This document shows positions 1 through 9,864 of a DNA stretch of 64,000 bases, in pieces. The stretch is from an uncultured Erysipelotrichaceae bacterium. GTDB lineage: Bacteria > Bacillota_I > Bacilli_A > RF39 > UBA660. Made by a program: the position numbers and the translations under genes. Positions within the stretch are counted from its first letter, which is position 1, and each line of letters opens with the position of its first letter. Under the pieces are notes generated by a model. The model was given only the letters and a program-made list of their open reading frames with translations. It had not been told where the DNA came from and did no database searches. The stretch is from contig CACZAH010000003.1 in the NCBI GenBank assembly GCA_902779035.1, positions 619-64,618 on the forward strand, in the 5' to 3' direction.

Positions 1-500
1 TATATGCGGTAGATGATGGTGATTATCCAAACAAACTTGGTAGAGCATATGAAAATTATTTGGGATTTGCTAATATGGTTTATTATGAAAATGAAGAATG
101 TTATTATTCTGGTCGTGGTTCAACTGTAAAAACATCATGTTCAACTGATTATTCTGATTCTTCAGTAAAAAAAGTTGTTGATGCATGGGCACTTGATAAA
201 TTTAGCTCCAATTCTATAAAAAATGCTAGATTAATTACAATAGACGAGTTTAATGACTATGCAGAATATGAAGAGTATGATTGCTGTAGCGGATGTGGTA
301 GCTGTATAGCAGAAAAAATTATAGAAAGCAAAGCTTGGATTGGAGGGCAATATTATACAATGAGTCCTTACAACAATTCAGATTCAGAAATCTGGGTTAT
401 TTATAATAAACCACAATCAGCCAATATAAATGGAATTTCGGATGGTGCTTTCCGAGCCATTCGTCCTGTTGTAGAAATATACAAGTCTGCGTTAAACTAA
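1..500 (+). CDS. hypothetical protein, C-terminal fragment (5' end outside window)
   Basis: The frame of track ORF 60..500 stays open back to base 3 (YAVDDGDYPNKLGRAYENY...), so the TTG at 60 is probably internal. Cys patch CCSGCGSC. No family recognised. Confidence 0.4.
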   Translation, partial: YAVDDGDYPNKLGRAYENYLGFANMVYYENEECYYSGRGSTVKTSCSTDYSDSSVKKVVDAWALDKFSSNSIKNARLITIDEFNDYAEYEEYDCCSGCGSCIAEKIIESKAWIGGQYYTMSPYNNSDSEIWVIYNKPQSANINGISDGAFRAIRPVVEIYKSALN

Positions 501-569
501 CTAAAATAATTAAATTAATGTAAAACCTTAATATTCAGTGTAATCTGAATATTTTTTTGGGAGGTATTT

Positions 570-1211
570 ATGGAATATGTAATAGATAATAAAGTATATG
601 AAGTAGTAATTATAAAGAAGAGGAATAAGAATACTTATATTAGGGTTAAGGATGATATGAAGATTTATGTTACTACTAATTATTTAACTAGTAAAAGATA
701 TATTAAAAATTTACTTGATGAAAATTATAGTTATTTAGTTAAGATGATTAAGAATATGTGTAAAAAGAATGAAAAGAAAGATTTGTTCTTTTATTTAGGA
801 AATAGTTATGATATAATATTTGTGAATGATTTAAAGAAGGTAGACGTTGATAGTGATAATTTAGTTATATATGCTAAAGATGAAAGTCAGTTAAATAGGT
901 GGTATAACAAGGTTATTAAAGATACATTTATAGAGAGATTTACTTATATTTATAATATATTTGATGAGATCAATATAATGCCAATTTTAAAGATTCGTAA
1001 GATGAAATCTAGGTGGGGAGTGTATAATCGTGTTAAACACTCTGTAACTTTAAATAGTGAACTTATTAAATATAATATAAGATGTTTAGATTATGTAATA
1101 GTACATGAGTTATCGCATGTTATTCATTTTGATCATTCTAAGAAGTTTTGGTCTTTAGTAAGTAAATACTGTAATAATTATAAAAATATAAAAAAAGAAT
1201 TAAAGGAGTAA
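570..1211 (+). CDS. YgjP-like metal-dependent hydrolase (DUF45 / M48-like)
   Basis: C-terminal HExxH zinc motif in the typical YgjP context (LDYVIVHELSHVIHFDHSKKFWSLV). SD GGGAGG upstream. Confidence 0.75.
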   Translation: MEYVIDNKVYEVVIIKKRNKNTYIRVKDDMKIYVTTNYLTSKRYIKNLLDENYSYLVKMIKNMCKKNEKKDLFFYLGNSYDIIFVNDLKKVDVDSDNLVIYAKDESQLNRWYNKVIKDTFIERFTYIYNIFDEINIMPILKIRKMKSRWGVYNRVKHSVTLNSELIKYNIRCLDYVIVHELSHVIHFDHSKKFWSLVSKYCNNYKNIKKELKE

Positions 1212-1214
1212 GTT

Positions 1215-2489
1215 ATGGAATTTATTAAGAATAGATTATTAAAACAGATAGTAGTATTATTTATTATTATTGGATTTTTATTCTTATTTGCGTCTCATGT
1301 TAATGCGAAGAGTTTAAAAGAACTACGTGCAGAACTTAGTGCGCTTGAGTCTAAATATAGCAAGAATGAATCAGATAAGAAACAAACTGAAAGTGATATA
1401 GCTGCTGCTAAAGATAAGATTAGTGAGATTACATCTGAAAAGAATCAGGTAAGTAAGGAAATAGAAGGACTAAATGATGAGATTGCAAAACTTGGTGAAG
1501 AAATAGGTAAAATGCGTGAGCAGTTAAAAAGTATTGTGCATTATTATCAATTATCTAGTTCTAATTCTTTATATCTTGAGTATGTGTTCAATGCAGATAA
1601 CTTCACTGATTTTATATATCGACTTGCAGTATCTGAACAGCTTTCCGAACACCGTGAGAAAACTATTAATGAGTATAATCGTTTAATGGAAGAAAATAGA
1701 AAGAAAATTAATGAGTTAGCAGCAAAACAAACATCACTTGCCAAACTAGAAGAAGAATTATCTGTTGAGTTAAGTAAATTAGGGGATGAACTTGCTGATA
1801 TTACTGACGCAAGTGTAGATATTAAAGAAGAAATTAAAGAGGTTAAAGCAAGTATTAACACTTATACAACTAAGTATAAATGCTCTGAAACTGAGGATGT
1901 TGCAGTGTGTGTTAATAATTATAATCAAGCCCAGATTAGAGCTAGACAAGCAGCAACTCCATCTGGTGGATCACAATCTGCAAGTGGTAATATAAGTGCT
2001 CCATCGGCAAATGGTTTTTATCGTCCAGTTGCTTCTGGTAGAGTTAATGCTAATTATGGTTATACAGAGTATTATGGATCATTCCATGATGGTATGGACT
2101 TAGGTGTTCCACATGGTACTCCAGTATATGCAGTTGCAACCGGAACAGTTATGAAAATATCTTATAAGAGTTCTTGTGGTGGTAATATGGTTTATATTGG
2201 ACACTATACAGGTTCTGGCACATATACATCGGGTTATTTCCATCTAGCATCAGTAAATGTGAGTGTCGGACAAGTTGTCACACCTGATTCTGTAATTGGA
2301 TATTCTGGTGGTGTGCCTGGTATTGAGACTTGGGATAGATGTTCAACTGGAGCTCACCTTCATTTACAATTTGGAACAGGTATATTTATGAGTGATTACT
2401 TCTATTATTCTAATTATGCTGCCCGTAAATTTGATGCAAGACAATTAATTAATTTCCCACCAATGGGGTCTTACTTCTCTGGAAGGTAA
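1215..2489 (+). CDS. M23 family metallopeptidase with N-terminal signal/TM segment and long coiled coil
   Basis: M23 motifs HDGMDLGVPHGTPVYA and GAHLHLQF. N-terminal hydrophobic segment, then a heptad-rich K/E region. Confidence 0.8.
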   Translation: MEFIKNRLLKQIVVLFIIIGFLFLFASHVNAKSLKELRAELSALESKYSKNESDKKQTESDIAAAKDKISEITSEKNQVSKEIEGLNDEIAKLGEEIGKMREQLKSIVHYYQLSSSNSLYLEYVFNADNFTDFIYRLAVSEQLSEHREKTINEYNRLMEENRKKINELAAKQTSLAKLEEELSVELSKLGDELADITDASVDIKEEIKEVKASINTYTTKYKCSETEDVAVCVNNYNQAQIRARQAATPSGGSQSASGNISAPSANGFYRPVASGRVNANYGYTEYYGSFHDGMDLGVPHGTPVYAVATGTVMKISYKSSCGGNMVYIGHYTGSGTYTSGYFHLASVNVSVGQVVTPDSVIGYSGGVPGIETWDRCSTGAHLHLQFGTGIFMSDYFYYSNYAARKFDARQLINFPPMGSYFSGR

Positions 2490-2546
2490 GAGTTCAGTTA
2501 TGGAGAATTACTTCTCAGGAAGATAAAATATGACAAAAAAATAAAG

Positions 2547-2579
2547 TCACTGATATTATAATGATATCGGTGATTTTTT
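2547..2579 (+). terminator. intrinsic terminator after the M23 peptidase gene
   Basis: 10-bp stem TCACTGATAT/ATATCGGTGA (one G-U), 7-nt loop, then T6. The 3' arm contains GGTGA, the only SD-like element for the next ORF. Confidence 0.6.
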
Positions 2580-2750
2580 ATGAAAGTTAAAGTTATTGAT
2601 GAATCACATGAACTGGATTTAGAGTCTAGTGTAAATAAATTTTTATCTGAGTTAGAAGGGGATGTTATAGATATTAAGTATCAGGTAAGTGTAGCTTTAT
2701 ATCGTGATGAACAAATATTTTGTTTTTCGGCTATGATTATCTATACTTAA
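2580..2750 (+). CDS. Cse60-like small sporulation protein (56 aa, below track cutoff)
   Basis: MKVKVIDESHELDLESSVNKFLSELEGDVIDIKYQVSVALYRDEQIFCFSAMIIYT matches my recollection of the Cse60/YteV pattern (VK.FD..HE.DLE..N.FL....I.I.Y.V......I.CFSA.I.Y). Length is an exact multiple of three; stop TAA at 2748. Confidence 0.5.
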   Translation: MKVKVIDESHELDLESSVNKFLSELEGDVIDIKYQVSVALYRDEQIFCFSAMIIYT

Positions 2751-2795
2751 GAATAAAATATTATTAAGCAATCATTATATAGATAGGAGGAATTT

Positions 2796-5081
2796 ATGTT
2801 TAATAATTATACAGAAGAAGCAAGAAAGATACTTATTAGTGCGAAGGTGGAGATGAATAATTTAAATCATCCTTATGTAGGAAGTGAACATTTACTTCTT
2901 GCCATATTAAAAGATGATAATGATATTAAAGATAAGTTAAAAGAGTATGGTCTTGACTATGATAAATTTAAAAGTCAAATTATAAAAGTAGTAGGAATTG
3001 GTAAGAAAAAATGTGAATACTTCTTATATACACCACTTTTAAAAAGAATTATGGAAACAGCCATGATAGATAGTAGAGAAAATAATAACGGGGTAGTTAC
3101 TGTAAATCATTTATTTTCTGCAATGCTTGAGGAAGGAGAAGGTATTGCAATTAGAATAATGCTAGCAATGTCTATTGATCTAGATTTACTATATGAAGAG
3201 TTTGTATCTAGAATAGTAAAAAGTAAAAAGGGAGAAAAATTACTTATTGATGATATTGGTATTGATTTAACTAAGAAAGCATTAGATGAAGGAGTAGATC
3301 CGGTAATAGGAAGAGATAATGAGATTAAAAGAATATTAGAAATATTGTCTAGAAGAAAGAAGAATAATCCAATATTAATAGGAGATGCAGGAGTAGGTAA
3401 AACTGCTATTGTAGAAGAATTAAGTCGTTTAATTTCTATTGGAGAAGTGCCAAGAAGTCTTAAAAATAAAAGAATAATTAGTGTTGATATGGCATCAGCT
3501 GTTGCAGGAACTAAGTATCGTGGAGAGTTTGAAGAACGTATTAATAAGATGCTTAAAGAACTAGAGACTAACGATGATATTGTACTATTTATCGATGAAA
3601 TTCATACGATAGTAGGGGCAGGCGGTGCGGAAGGTGCAATTGATGCATCAAATATATTTAAGCCAGCTTTAGCTCGTAATCATATGCGACTTATTGGAGC
3701 TACTACTACAGCTGAATATAAAAAGTTTATTGAAAGTGATAGAGCTTTAGATAGAAGATTTCAAAAAGTATATATAGAAGAACCTAGTAGTGAAGGCTTA
3801 AAAGATATATTAATGAAGATTAAAGGCACGTATGAAGAATTTCATCACGTAGTTATAGATGATGAATTAATAGATTTAATAATTAATCTATCTAATAAAT
3901 ATATAACTGATAGAAAACAACCAGATAAAGCAATAGATATATTAGATGAAGTATGTGCGCATGTAAGCTTAAAAGAAAATAAAAAAATAAAAGAATATAA
4001 TGAATTAAATAAAAAAGTAAAATTAATTATTACTGATAAGAAGAAAGCAATACTAAATAATGATTATAAACTAGCCACTAAGTATAAGATGGAAGAAAAT
4101 AAATTAATGGATAAAATTAATAGAATAGAGTTAAATCTATGCAATAAAAATAATAATCATCATATAACTAAAAAGGATATTATAAATATAGTAAGTATTA
4201 GGTCTAATGTACCAATATACACTATGAATAATAAAGATATTAAAGATAGTAATACATTTAGTAATAAGTTAAATAAAAAAATAATAGGACAAAGAAAGGC
4301 AATAGATGTATTAAATAAGATTTATAAACAAATAAGACTTGGATTTAAAGATGATAAGTGTTATTCAATAATGTTTGCAGGACCATCTGGTGTGGGTAAA
4401 ACTATGCTTGCAAAACTATTTGGTAAATATATAACTAAAAATGTAATAAAGATAGATATGAGTGAATATAGTGAATCTTATTCTATTAGTAAATTAATTG
4501 GATCTCCTGCAGGATATGTTGGTTATAGTGATTCTAAGAATATTTTAGATAAAATAAAAGATAACCCTTTCTCAGTATTAATATTAGATGAATTTGATAA
4601 AGCCGATATGAGTGTTATTAATTTATTTTATCAAGCATTAGATGATGGAGTTATTACTGATGCTAAAGGGGATTCTATTAGCTTTAAAAATACTGTTATT
4701 ATAATGACTACTAATACAGGATTTGAGAAAAATGATATTGGATTTAATACTAATAAAAGTGATATAAAAATAAAAGAATTGTTTGGTGTACCTTTAGTAA
4801 ATAGAATGGATAAGGTAGTTGTGTTTAATTATTTAGGATTAGATAGTATTAAAAAAATAGTTAAAGATAAGATAACTAAGTTAAAGAAGAAATATAAAGA
4901 TATTAAGATAAGTATTAGTAGTACAGTAATTGATGAAATAGTAGATAAGAGTAATTATAATGAGTTTGGAGCAAGAAAGATAGATAAGATAATAAAAACA
5001 GATATTGAAGATATTATAATTAGTAGTATTATAGATAATAAGAAAAGTATTAGTATTACAAGTATTAAAGTACATAGTTAA
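2796..5081 (+). CDS. clpC: ClpC-like class III AAA+ chaperone / Clp protease ATP-binding subunit
   Basis: N-terminal Clp_N repeats (GSEHLLLAIL). AAA-1 Walker A GDAGVGKTA and Walker B LFIDEIH. AAA-2 Walker A GPSGVGKTM and LILDEFDKA. IGF loop (DIGFN). Confidence 0.8.
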   Translation: MFNNYTEEARKILISAKVEMNNLNHPYVGSEHLLLAILKDDNDIKDKLKEYGLDYDKFKSQIIKVVGIGKKKCEYFLYTPLLKRIMETAMIDSRENNNGVVTVNHLFSAMLEEGEGIAIRIMLAMSIDLDLLYEEFVSRIVKSKKGEKLLIDDIGIDLTKKALDEGVDPVIGRDNEIKRILEILSRRKKNNPILIGDAGVGKTAIVEELSRLISIGEVPRSLKNKRIISVDMASAVAGTKYRGEFEERINKMLKELETNDDIVLFIDEIHTIVGAGGAEGAIDASNIFKPALARNHMRLIGATTTAEYKKFIESDRALDRRFQKVYIEEPSSEGLKDILMKIKGTYEEFHHVVIDDELIDLIINLSNKYITDRKQPDKAIDILDEVCAHVSLKENKKIKEYNELNKKVKLIITDKKKAILNNDYKLATKYKMEENKLMDKINRIELNLCNKNNNHHITKKDIINIVSIRSNVPIYTMNNKDIKDSNTFSNKLNKKIIGQRKAIDVLNKIYKQIRLGFKDDKCYSIMFAGPSGVGKTMLAKLFGKYITKNVIKIDMSEYSESYSISKLIGSPAGYVGYSDSKNILDKIKDNPFSVLILDEFDKADMSVINLFYQALDDGVITDAKGDSISFKNTVIIMTTNTGFEKNDIGFNTNKSDIKIKELFGVPLVNRMDKVVVFNYLGLDSIKKIVKDKITKLKKKYKDIKISISSTVIDEIVDKSNYNEFGARKIDKIIKTDIEDIIISSIIDNKKSISITSIKVHS

Positions 5082-5086
5082 AATGT

Positions 5087-5398
5087 CTAAATGACATTTT
5101 TTATTGTGTCATTAACTTTATAAGTATTTGTATTATTAGGAAGTTCATAAAAATAGTAAGCATCTTTTTTAATAATTATTTTATTTTTAGAAAGATTGTT
5201 ATAAACATATAATACTTTATTATTTTTATCAGTAATGATTACATCAATATTTTCTTTCATAAAAAAAGTATGAATACTTTTACATTTAAATCTTAATGCA
5301 TAATTAATATTGCGTTTAAACATAAAACCTAATAATTTATCTTTAAAATGTATACAGTTCTTTAATTCTAATTCAGTGTTTTCTAATATTATTTTCAT
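5087..5398 (-). CDS. DUF192 family protein
   Basis: LLGFMFKR ... SIHTFFM ... IDVIITD pattern typical of DUF192 (COG1430). One of the few minus-strand genes. Confidence 0.55.
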   Translation of the reverse strand: MKIILENTELELKNCIHFKDKLLGFMFKRNINYALRFKCKSIHTFFMKENIDVIITDKNNKVLYVYNNLSKNKIIIKKDAYYFYELPNNTNTYKVNDTIKNVI

Positions 5399-5478
5399 AA
5401 GTTAATTGTATCACAATAAAATTCAATTGACAAATATAGTAAAATGTTATAAAATTAATTTAAGGTAAAGGTGATTTG

Positions 5479-5670
5479 ATGAAACTTAATAATAAAGGGC
5501 AAGCATTAGTAGAGTATTTATTAATCATTGCGGTTATAAGTGTAGTTGTTATAAGTGTTGTTAAATTATTTGGAGGATACTTACAGGATACTATGACTAA
5601 ATCATCATGTGAGATGATGGGTAAAACTTATGTAGATGGTGCATCTCCTGGTAAGGGAAGTTGTCAATAA
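5479..5670 (+). CDS. Flp-like (class III signal peptide) pilin candidate
   Basis: MKLNNKG/QALVEYLLIIAVISVVVISVV fits the Flp prepilin G/XXXXEY processing motif followed by a hydrophobic helix. Two Cys in the C-terminal 25 aa. SD AAAGGTGA sits 4-5 nt before the ATG at 5479. Confidence 0.4.
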   Translation: MKLNNKGQALVEYLLIIAVISVVVISVVKLFGGYLQDTMTKSSCEMMGKTYVDGASPGKGSCQ

Positions 5671-5688
5671 TTAGATTTGGGGGAGTTT

Positions 5689-6672
5689 ATGGGATTATTT
5701 AATAAATTTAAAGGGCTTTTTAAGAAGGCTGAAGTTGATAAGACTGAAAAAGAAGAGTTAGAAAAGTATGATGAAGGTTTAAAGAAGACTCGTAATTATT
5801 TTACTGATAAGATAAGTTTACTTAATGGTAGATATAAGAAAGTAACAGATGAGTATTTTGAAGAGTTAGAAGAAATACTTATTATGGCTGATATAGGTGT
5901 TAATACGGTAATTAACTTTATTGATAAGTTAAAGAAAAGAGTTAAAAAAGAGAATATTACTGATAGTGAAGAGTTAAAAGATATTATAGTTGATGAGATG
6001 TTTATTATTTATATTAATAATGAGATAGTAGTAAACAAGATTAATTATGGTGAAGTAGGACCTACGGTAATTCTATTTGTCGGAGTTAATGGTGTAGGTA
6101 AAACTACTACTATTGGTAAGATGGCATATAAGTTAAAAAATGAAGGTAAAAGTGTATTAATGGTTGCCGGAGATACCTTTAGAGCAGGAGCTATTGAACA
6201 GATTAAAGAGTGGGGAAAACGTACAGAGTGTGAAGTAGTATCTAAAGATAATAGTGATCCTGCTAGTGTTGTATATGATGGAATTAAAAAAGCAATTGAT
6301 GATTCTATTGATGTAGTCTTAGTTGATACAGCGGGTAGATTACAAAATAAAACTAACTTAATGGAAGAACTTGCTAAAATGAATCGAGTAATTAAGAAAT
6401 TATTACCTGATGGACCACACGAGACATTACTTGTACTTGATGCAACAACTGGACAAAATGGTATAAGTCAAGCTAAAAGTTTTAAAAGTATTACTGATGT
6501 TACGGGGATAGTTCTAACTAAACTTGATGGTACTGCTAAAGGTGGAATAGTTCTTGCAATTAAGGATTCAGTTGACATTCCAGTTAAGTTTGTTGGTCTT
6601 GGTGAGACTAAAGAAGATTTAAAAGTATTTGATATTGAAAAATATATATATGGATTATTTAAGGATATGTGA
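5689..6672 (+). CDS. ftsY: signal recognition particle receptor FtsY
   Basis: NG-domain GTPase motifs GVNGVGKTTTIGK, DTAGR, TKLDGTAKGG. Acidic N-terminus. Start moved to the ATG after SD GGGGGAG. Confidence 0.9.
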   Translation: MGLFNKFKGLFKKAEVDKTEKEELEKYDEGLKKTRNYFTDKISLLNGRYKKVTDEYFEELEEILIMADIGVNTVINFIDKLKKRVKKENITDSEELKDIIVDEMFIIYINNEIVVNKINYGEVGPTVILFVGVNGVGKTTTIGKMAYKLKNEGKSVLMVAGDTFRAGAIEQIKEWGKRTECEVVSKDNSDPASVVYDGIKKAIDDSIDVVLVDTAGRLQNKTNLMEELAKMNRVIKKLLPDGPHETLLVLDATTGQNGISQAKSFKSITDVTGIVLTKLDGTAKGGIVLAIKDSVDIPVKFVGLGETKEDLKVFDIEKYIYGLFKDM

Positions 6673-6680
6673 GGTGTTTT

Positions 6681-6998
6681 ATGGAAAAGAAGAAAAAGGG
6701 AAATGGAATAAAGAAAACTATATTATCAGAGTTTAAGGATTTTGAAATAACGATACCATTGCTTGCACAAATATTATTTACTGAGGCAGTATTTATATTT
6801 GCAATCGTATCATTATTTGAAGCAACATTCTTACCAGTATTCTATATAGTAGTAGGAATTACATTATTAATAATGGCTTATAATAACTATACATACTATA
6901 AGAAGAAATACTTTAATACTGCATGTGCGGTATTAAGTGCAATTTATGCTATACTTGCTGTATACTTCATAGTTTCTACTATATTTAAATTATTCTAA
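6681..6998 (+). CDS. small membrane protein (2-3 TM), unknown function
   Basis: Hydrophobic helices (LLAQILFTEAVFIFAIVSLF, VFYIVVGITLLIMAY, AVLSAIYAILAVYFIV). SD GAGGTG before the ATG at 6681. Overlaps the ftsY stop. Confidence 0.45.
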   Translation: MEKKKKGNGIKKTILSEFKDFEITIPLLAQILFTEAVFIFAIVSLFEATFLPVFYIVVGITLLIMAYNNYTYYKKKYFNTACAVLSAIYAILAVYFIVSTIFKLF

Positions 6999-7282
6999 TG
7001 AATATAGAACTTGCTATACTTTATGATTATTATGGTGAGTTATTAACCTCAAAACAACAGATGTATTTTGAGGATTATTACTTTAATAATCTATCATTAC
7101 AAGAAATTGCAGAGAATTATAATATTAGTAGAAATGCAGTATATAACAGTTTAAAAGAAATAGAAAAGAAACTAATTCACTATGAATCAGTTTTAAAACT
7201 ATATGAAAAAAGTAAGATTATAGAGGCATTAATAGTTGACTTAGATGATGATATACAAAATAGAATAAAAGAATTAATATAG
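6998..7282 (+). CDS. ylxM: YlxM/UPF0122 small HTH protein
   Basis: Sigma-region-4-like HTH (LSLQEIAENYNISRNAVYNSLK), about 94 aa, in the conserved position downstream of ftsY. Confidence 0.75.
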   Translation: MNIELAILYDYYGELLTSKQQMYFEDYYFNNLSLQEIAENYNISRNAVYNSLKEIEKKLIHYESVLKLYEKSKIIEALIVDLDDDIQNRIKELI

Positions 7283-7294
7283 GTTGGTGATTTT

Positions 7295-9046
7295 ATGTTT
7301 GGTAAAATAGTGTATATTAGTGATAATATCGCACATATTAGTATACAATCAGGTACTCCTATTCATGAGAATTTAATGAATATGAATATAGTATTTGAGG
7401 ATAGTAATAAAAAGATATTAGGTGAAGTTGTAGATGTATCTGAAAGTATTATCAAAGTACATTTTTTAGGTGAAATTACAAGTGGTAGATTTACTCCGGG
7501 TGTACTTCGTAAACCTACTATGGAAGCTAGTATTAGAATTATTAATAATGAAGAATTAGAATTAATTACTGGAGTTAAATCGAGTAATACTTTTAGACTA
7601 GGTTATTCTCCATTATATGATAATAAAGAAATATATATTGATATTAATGAATTATGTAGTAACCATTTAGCTATATTTGGTAATACTGGTTCAGGTAAAT
7701 CATATGGTGTAGCTAGTTTTATTCAAAGTATTTTTTATAATCAGGAGTTTCATCCATATAGAGCTAATTATATGATATTTGATGCATATGGAGAGTATCA
7801 TACAGCATTTTCTAAACTTAATGAGGTTAATCCTAATTATCAATTTAAATTTTATACAACTAATAGAAATCAAACTGATGGCGAATTAATTAGTATACCT
7901 TTGTGGTTATTAAATATTGATGACTATGCTTTATTACTTGAAGCGGATACTCATTCACAACTTACAATAATAGAGCGAATGTTAAAGTTAGTTAGAATAT
8001 TTGCAACTGATGATAATATTAGTAACGAGTATAAGAACCATTTAATTGCTAGTGCGATTATGGATATAATGTATACTAACCAAACATGTGCATCAAAAAG
8101 AAATGATATATTCTCTATTATTTCATCGTGTTCAACTGATCAGTTTAGTTTAAATACTCCAGTACAGGGACTAGGATATGTAAGACAGTTTAAAGACTGT
8201 TTTGAGATAAATACTAGTGGAACATTTGTTGAGTCTAACTTAATTACAGAATATGTAACTAGTTTTATAAAACCTGAGTTAGAAAAATTAGAACCAGCTA
8301 GTGATCACTATTTTAATTTAAATGATTTAGAACGTGCATTACAGTTTACTTTAATTTCTGAAGGATTACTTAGAAATGATCACATGTATAATGAAGCAAT
8401 AACTTTAAAAGTTAGATTACACTCATTAGTAATATCAGAAAATGCAGTGTTCTTCAACTTTCCAAAATATATAACTCGAAATGAGTATATTGCATCACTT
8501 GTTACAAAGAATAATCGTAAAGCACAAATAATTAATTTTAATTTAGAAGATATAGATGATAGACTAGCTAAAACTATAGTTAAGATATATTCAAAAATGT
8601 TATTTGACTTTACAAAATCACTTAAAGTTCGGGCATCTATTCCATTCCATTTAGTTATTGAAGAATGTCATAGATATATACAAAACGATGGTGATCTAAA
8701 ATTACTTGGATATAATATATTTGAGCGAATTGCGAAAGAAGGACGTAAGTTTGGCTTGATACTTAATTTAATATCGCAAAGACCTGTAGAAATATCAGAA
8801 ACAGTTATTTCACAGTGTATAGACTTTCTAATATTTAAAATGACACATCCAAGAGATTTAGATTATATTGAGAAGATGTTACCTAATGTAAGTCATGAGA
8901 TAATAGAAAAACAAAAAAACTTACAACCAGGAAATTGTGTTGCGTTTGGTAAAGCATTTAAAATACCAATGATAGTTAAAATGCCATTGCCTAACCCTGA
9001 ACCATATAGTAGTAATGCAAATATAGTTGCAACGTGGAAAGCATAA
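7295..9046 (+). CDS. HerA-like / DUF87 FtsK-HerA superfamily ATPase
   Basis: N-terminal barrel-like region (GKIVYISDNIAHISI...GEVVDV). Walker A FGNTGSGKSY. Walker B HLVIEECHRY. GRKFGLILNLISQRP arginine-finger region typical of COG0433. Confidence 0.7.
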   Translation: MFGKIVYISDNIAHISIQSGTPIHENLMNMNIVFEDSNKKILGEVVDVSESIIKVHFLGEITSGRFTPGVLRKPTMEASIRIINNEELELITGVKSSNTFRLGYSPLYDNKEIYIDINELCSNHLAIFGNTGSGKSYGVASFIQSIFYNQEFHPYRANYMIFDAYGEYHTAFSKLNEVNPNYQFKFYTTNRNQTDGELISIPLWLLNIDDYALLLEADTHSQLTIIERMLKLVRIFATDDNISNEYKNHLIASAIMDIMYTNQTCASKRNDIFSIISSCSTDQFSLNTPVQGLGYVRQFKDCFEINTSGTFVESNLITEYVTSFIKPELEKLEPASDHYFNLNDLERALQFTLISEGLLRNDHMYNEAITLKVRLHSLVISENAVFFNFPKYITRNEYIASLVTKNNRKAQIINFNLEDIDDRLAKTIVKIYSKMLFDFTKSLKVRASIPFHLVIEECHRYIQNDGDLKLLGYNIFERIAKEGRKFGLILNLISQRPVEISETVISQCIDFLIFKMTHPRDLDYIEKMLPNVSHEIIEKQKNLQPGNCVAFGKAFKIPMIVKMPLPNPEPYSSNANIVATWKA

Positions 9047-9124
9047 AATTATTAAAAGTTTGTAAAAAGTGTTTACAAGCTTTTTTCTATATATTATAAT
9101 AGTTATCAATTAGAGAGTGGTGTT

Positions 9125-9844
9125 ATGCAAAGATATTTTGGAGTTAGAAAAGATGATAAATACTTATATTTAGAGAAAAGTGATTATCATCATATAAAGA
9201 ATGTAATGAGAAACAATGATGGTGATTTAATAGAGGTAGTAGTTGATAATAAATTATATTTAGGGTGTATAGAAAATGTAAAGTCAGATGTTAATGTTTT
9301 AATAGAAAAAGAGTTAGAAATTGAAGAAGATTTTATTCCTAAAGTTAATCTTATTATACCAATTTTAAAAGAACAAAAGATGGATTTAATACTCCAAAAA
9401 GCATGCGAAATGGGAGTGGATAAAATTACAATAATTCCTTTAAAACGTTGTGTTGTAAGGGTTGATGATAAAAAAATTAATTCTAAATTAGATAGATGGA
9501 CACGTATTTTAAAAGAAGCATCAGAGCAATCTTTTAGATCTAATATTCCTAATATTGAGTTTGTAGATAGTATCAACAAATTATCTAATTTAGATGGTTT
9601 AAAGATTACTTGTAGTACGAAAAAAAATTTAGAAAACGTAAAAATGGTGTTAAAGAAGAATAAAAAGTGTGATACAATTAATGTAGTGATAGGTCCAGAG
9701 GGTGGACTTGATAATTCAGAAGAGGAAATACTTAATGAATTAGGGTTCTTATCTACTACATTTGGAAGTAGAATAATGAGAGTAGAAAGTGTACCATTAT
9801 TTATAATGAGTATTATTAATTATGAATATATGAGTGTTGATTAG
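9125..9844 (+). CDS. rsmE: 16S rRNA (uracil1498-N3)-methyltransferase RsmE
   Basis: MQRYF start. PUA-like N domain. SPOUT C-terminal motifs VIGPEGGL..EE and GSRIMRVESV. Confidence 0.8.
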   Translation: MQRYFGVRKDDKYLYLEKSDYHHIKNVMRNNDGDLIEVVVDNKLYLGCIENVKSDVNVLIEKELEIEEDFIPKVNLIIPILKEQKMDLILQKACEMGVDKITIIPLKRCVVRVDDKKINSKLDRWTRILKEASEQSFRSNIPNIEFVDSINKLSNLDGLKITCSTKKNLENVKMVLKKNKKCDTINVVIGPEGGLDNSEEEILNELGFLSTTFGSRIMRVESVPLFIMSIINYEYMSVD

Positions 9845-9864
9845 GATTAATTAGGAGTGATTTT

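Noticed and set aside
2465-2527. Degenerate duplication of the last codons of the M23 peptidase gene (..YFSGR-stop, then a mini-ORF MENYFSGR-stop 37 nt later)
   Set aside because: Only about 17 of 26 nt match. It is probably a small duplication scar with no obvious function and too short to evaluate.
5479-5670. Double-glycine leader bacteriocin reading of the 63-aa peptide (GG at residues 32-33)
   Set aside because: The segment before GG is a long hydrophobic helix, not an amphipathic LS..EL..I.GG leader. The G/QALVEY motif near the N-terminus fits Flp prepilins better, and the ABC exporter in the window has no C39 peptidase domain.
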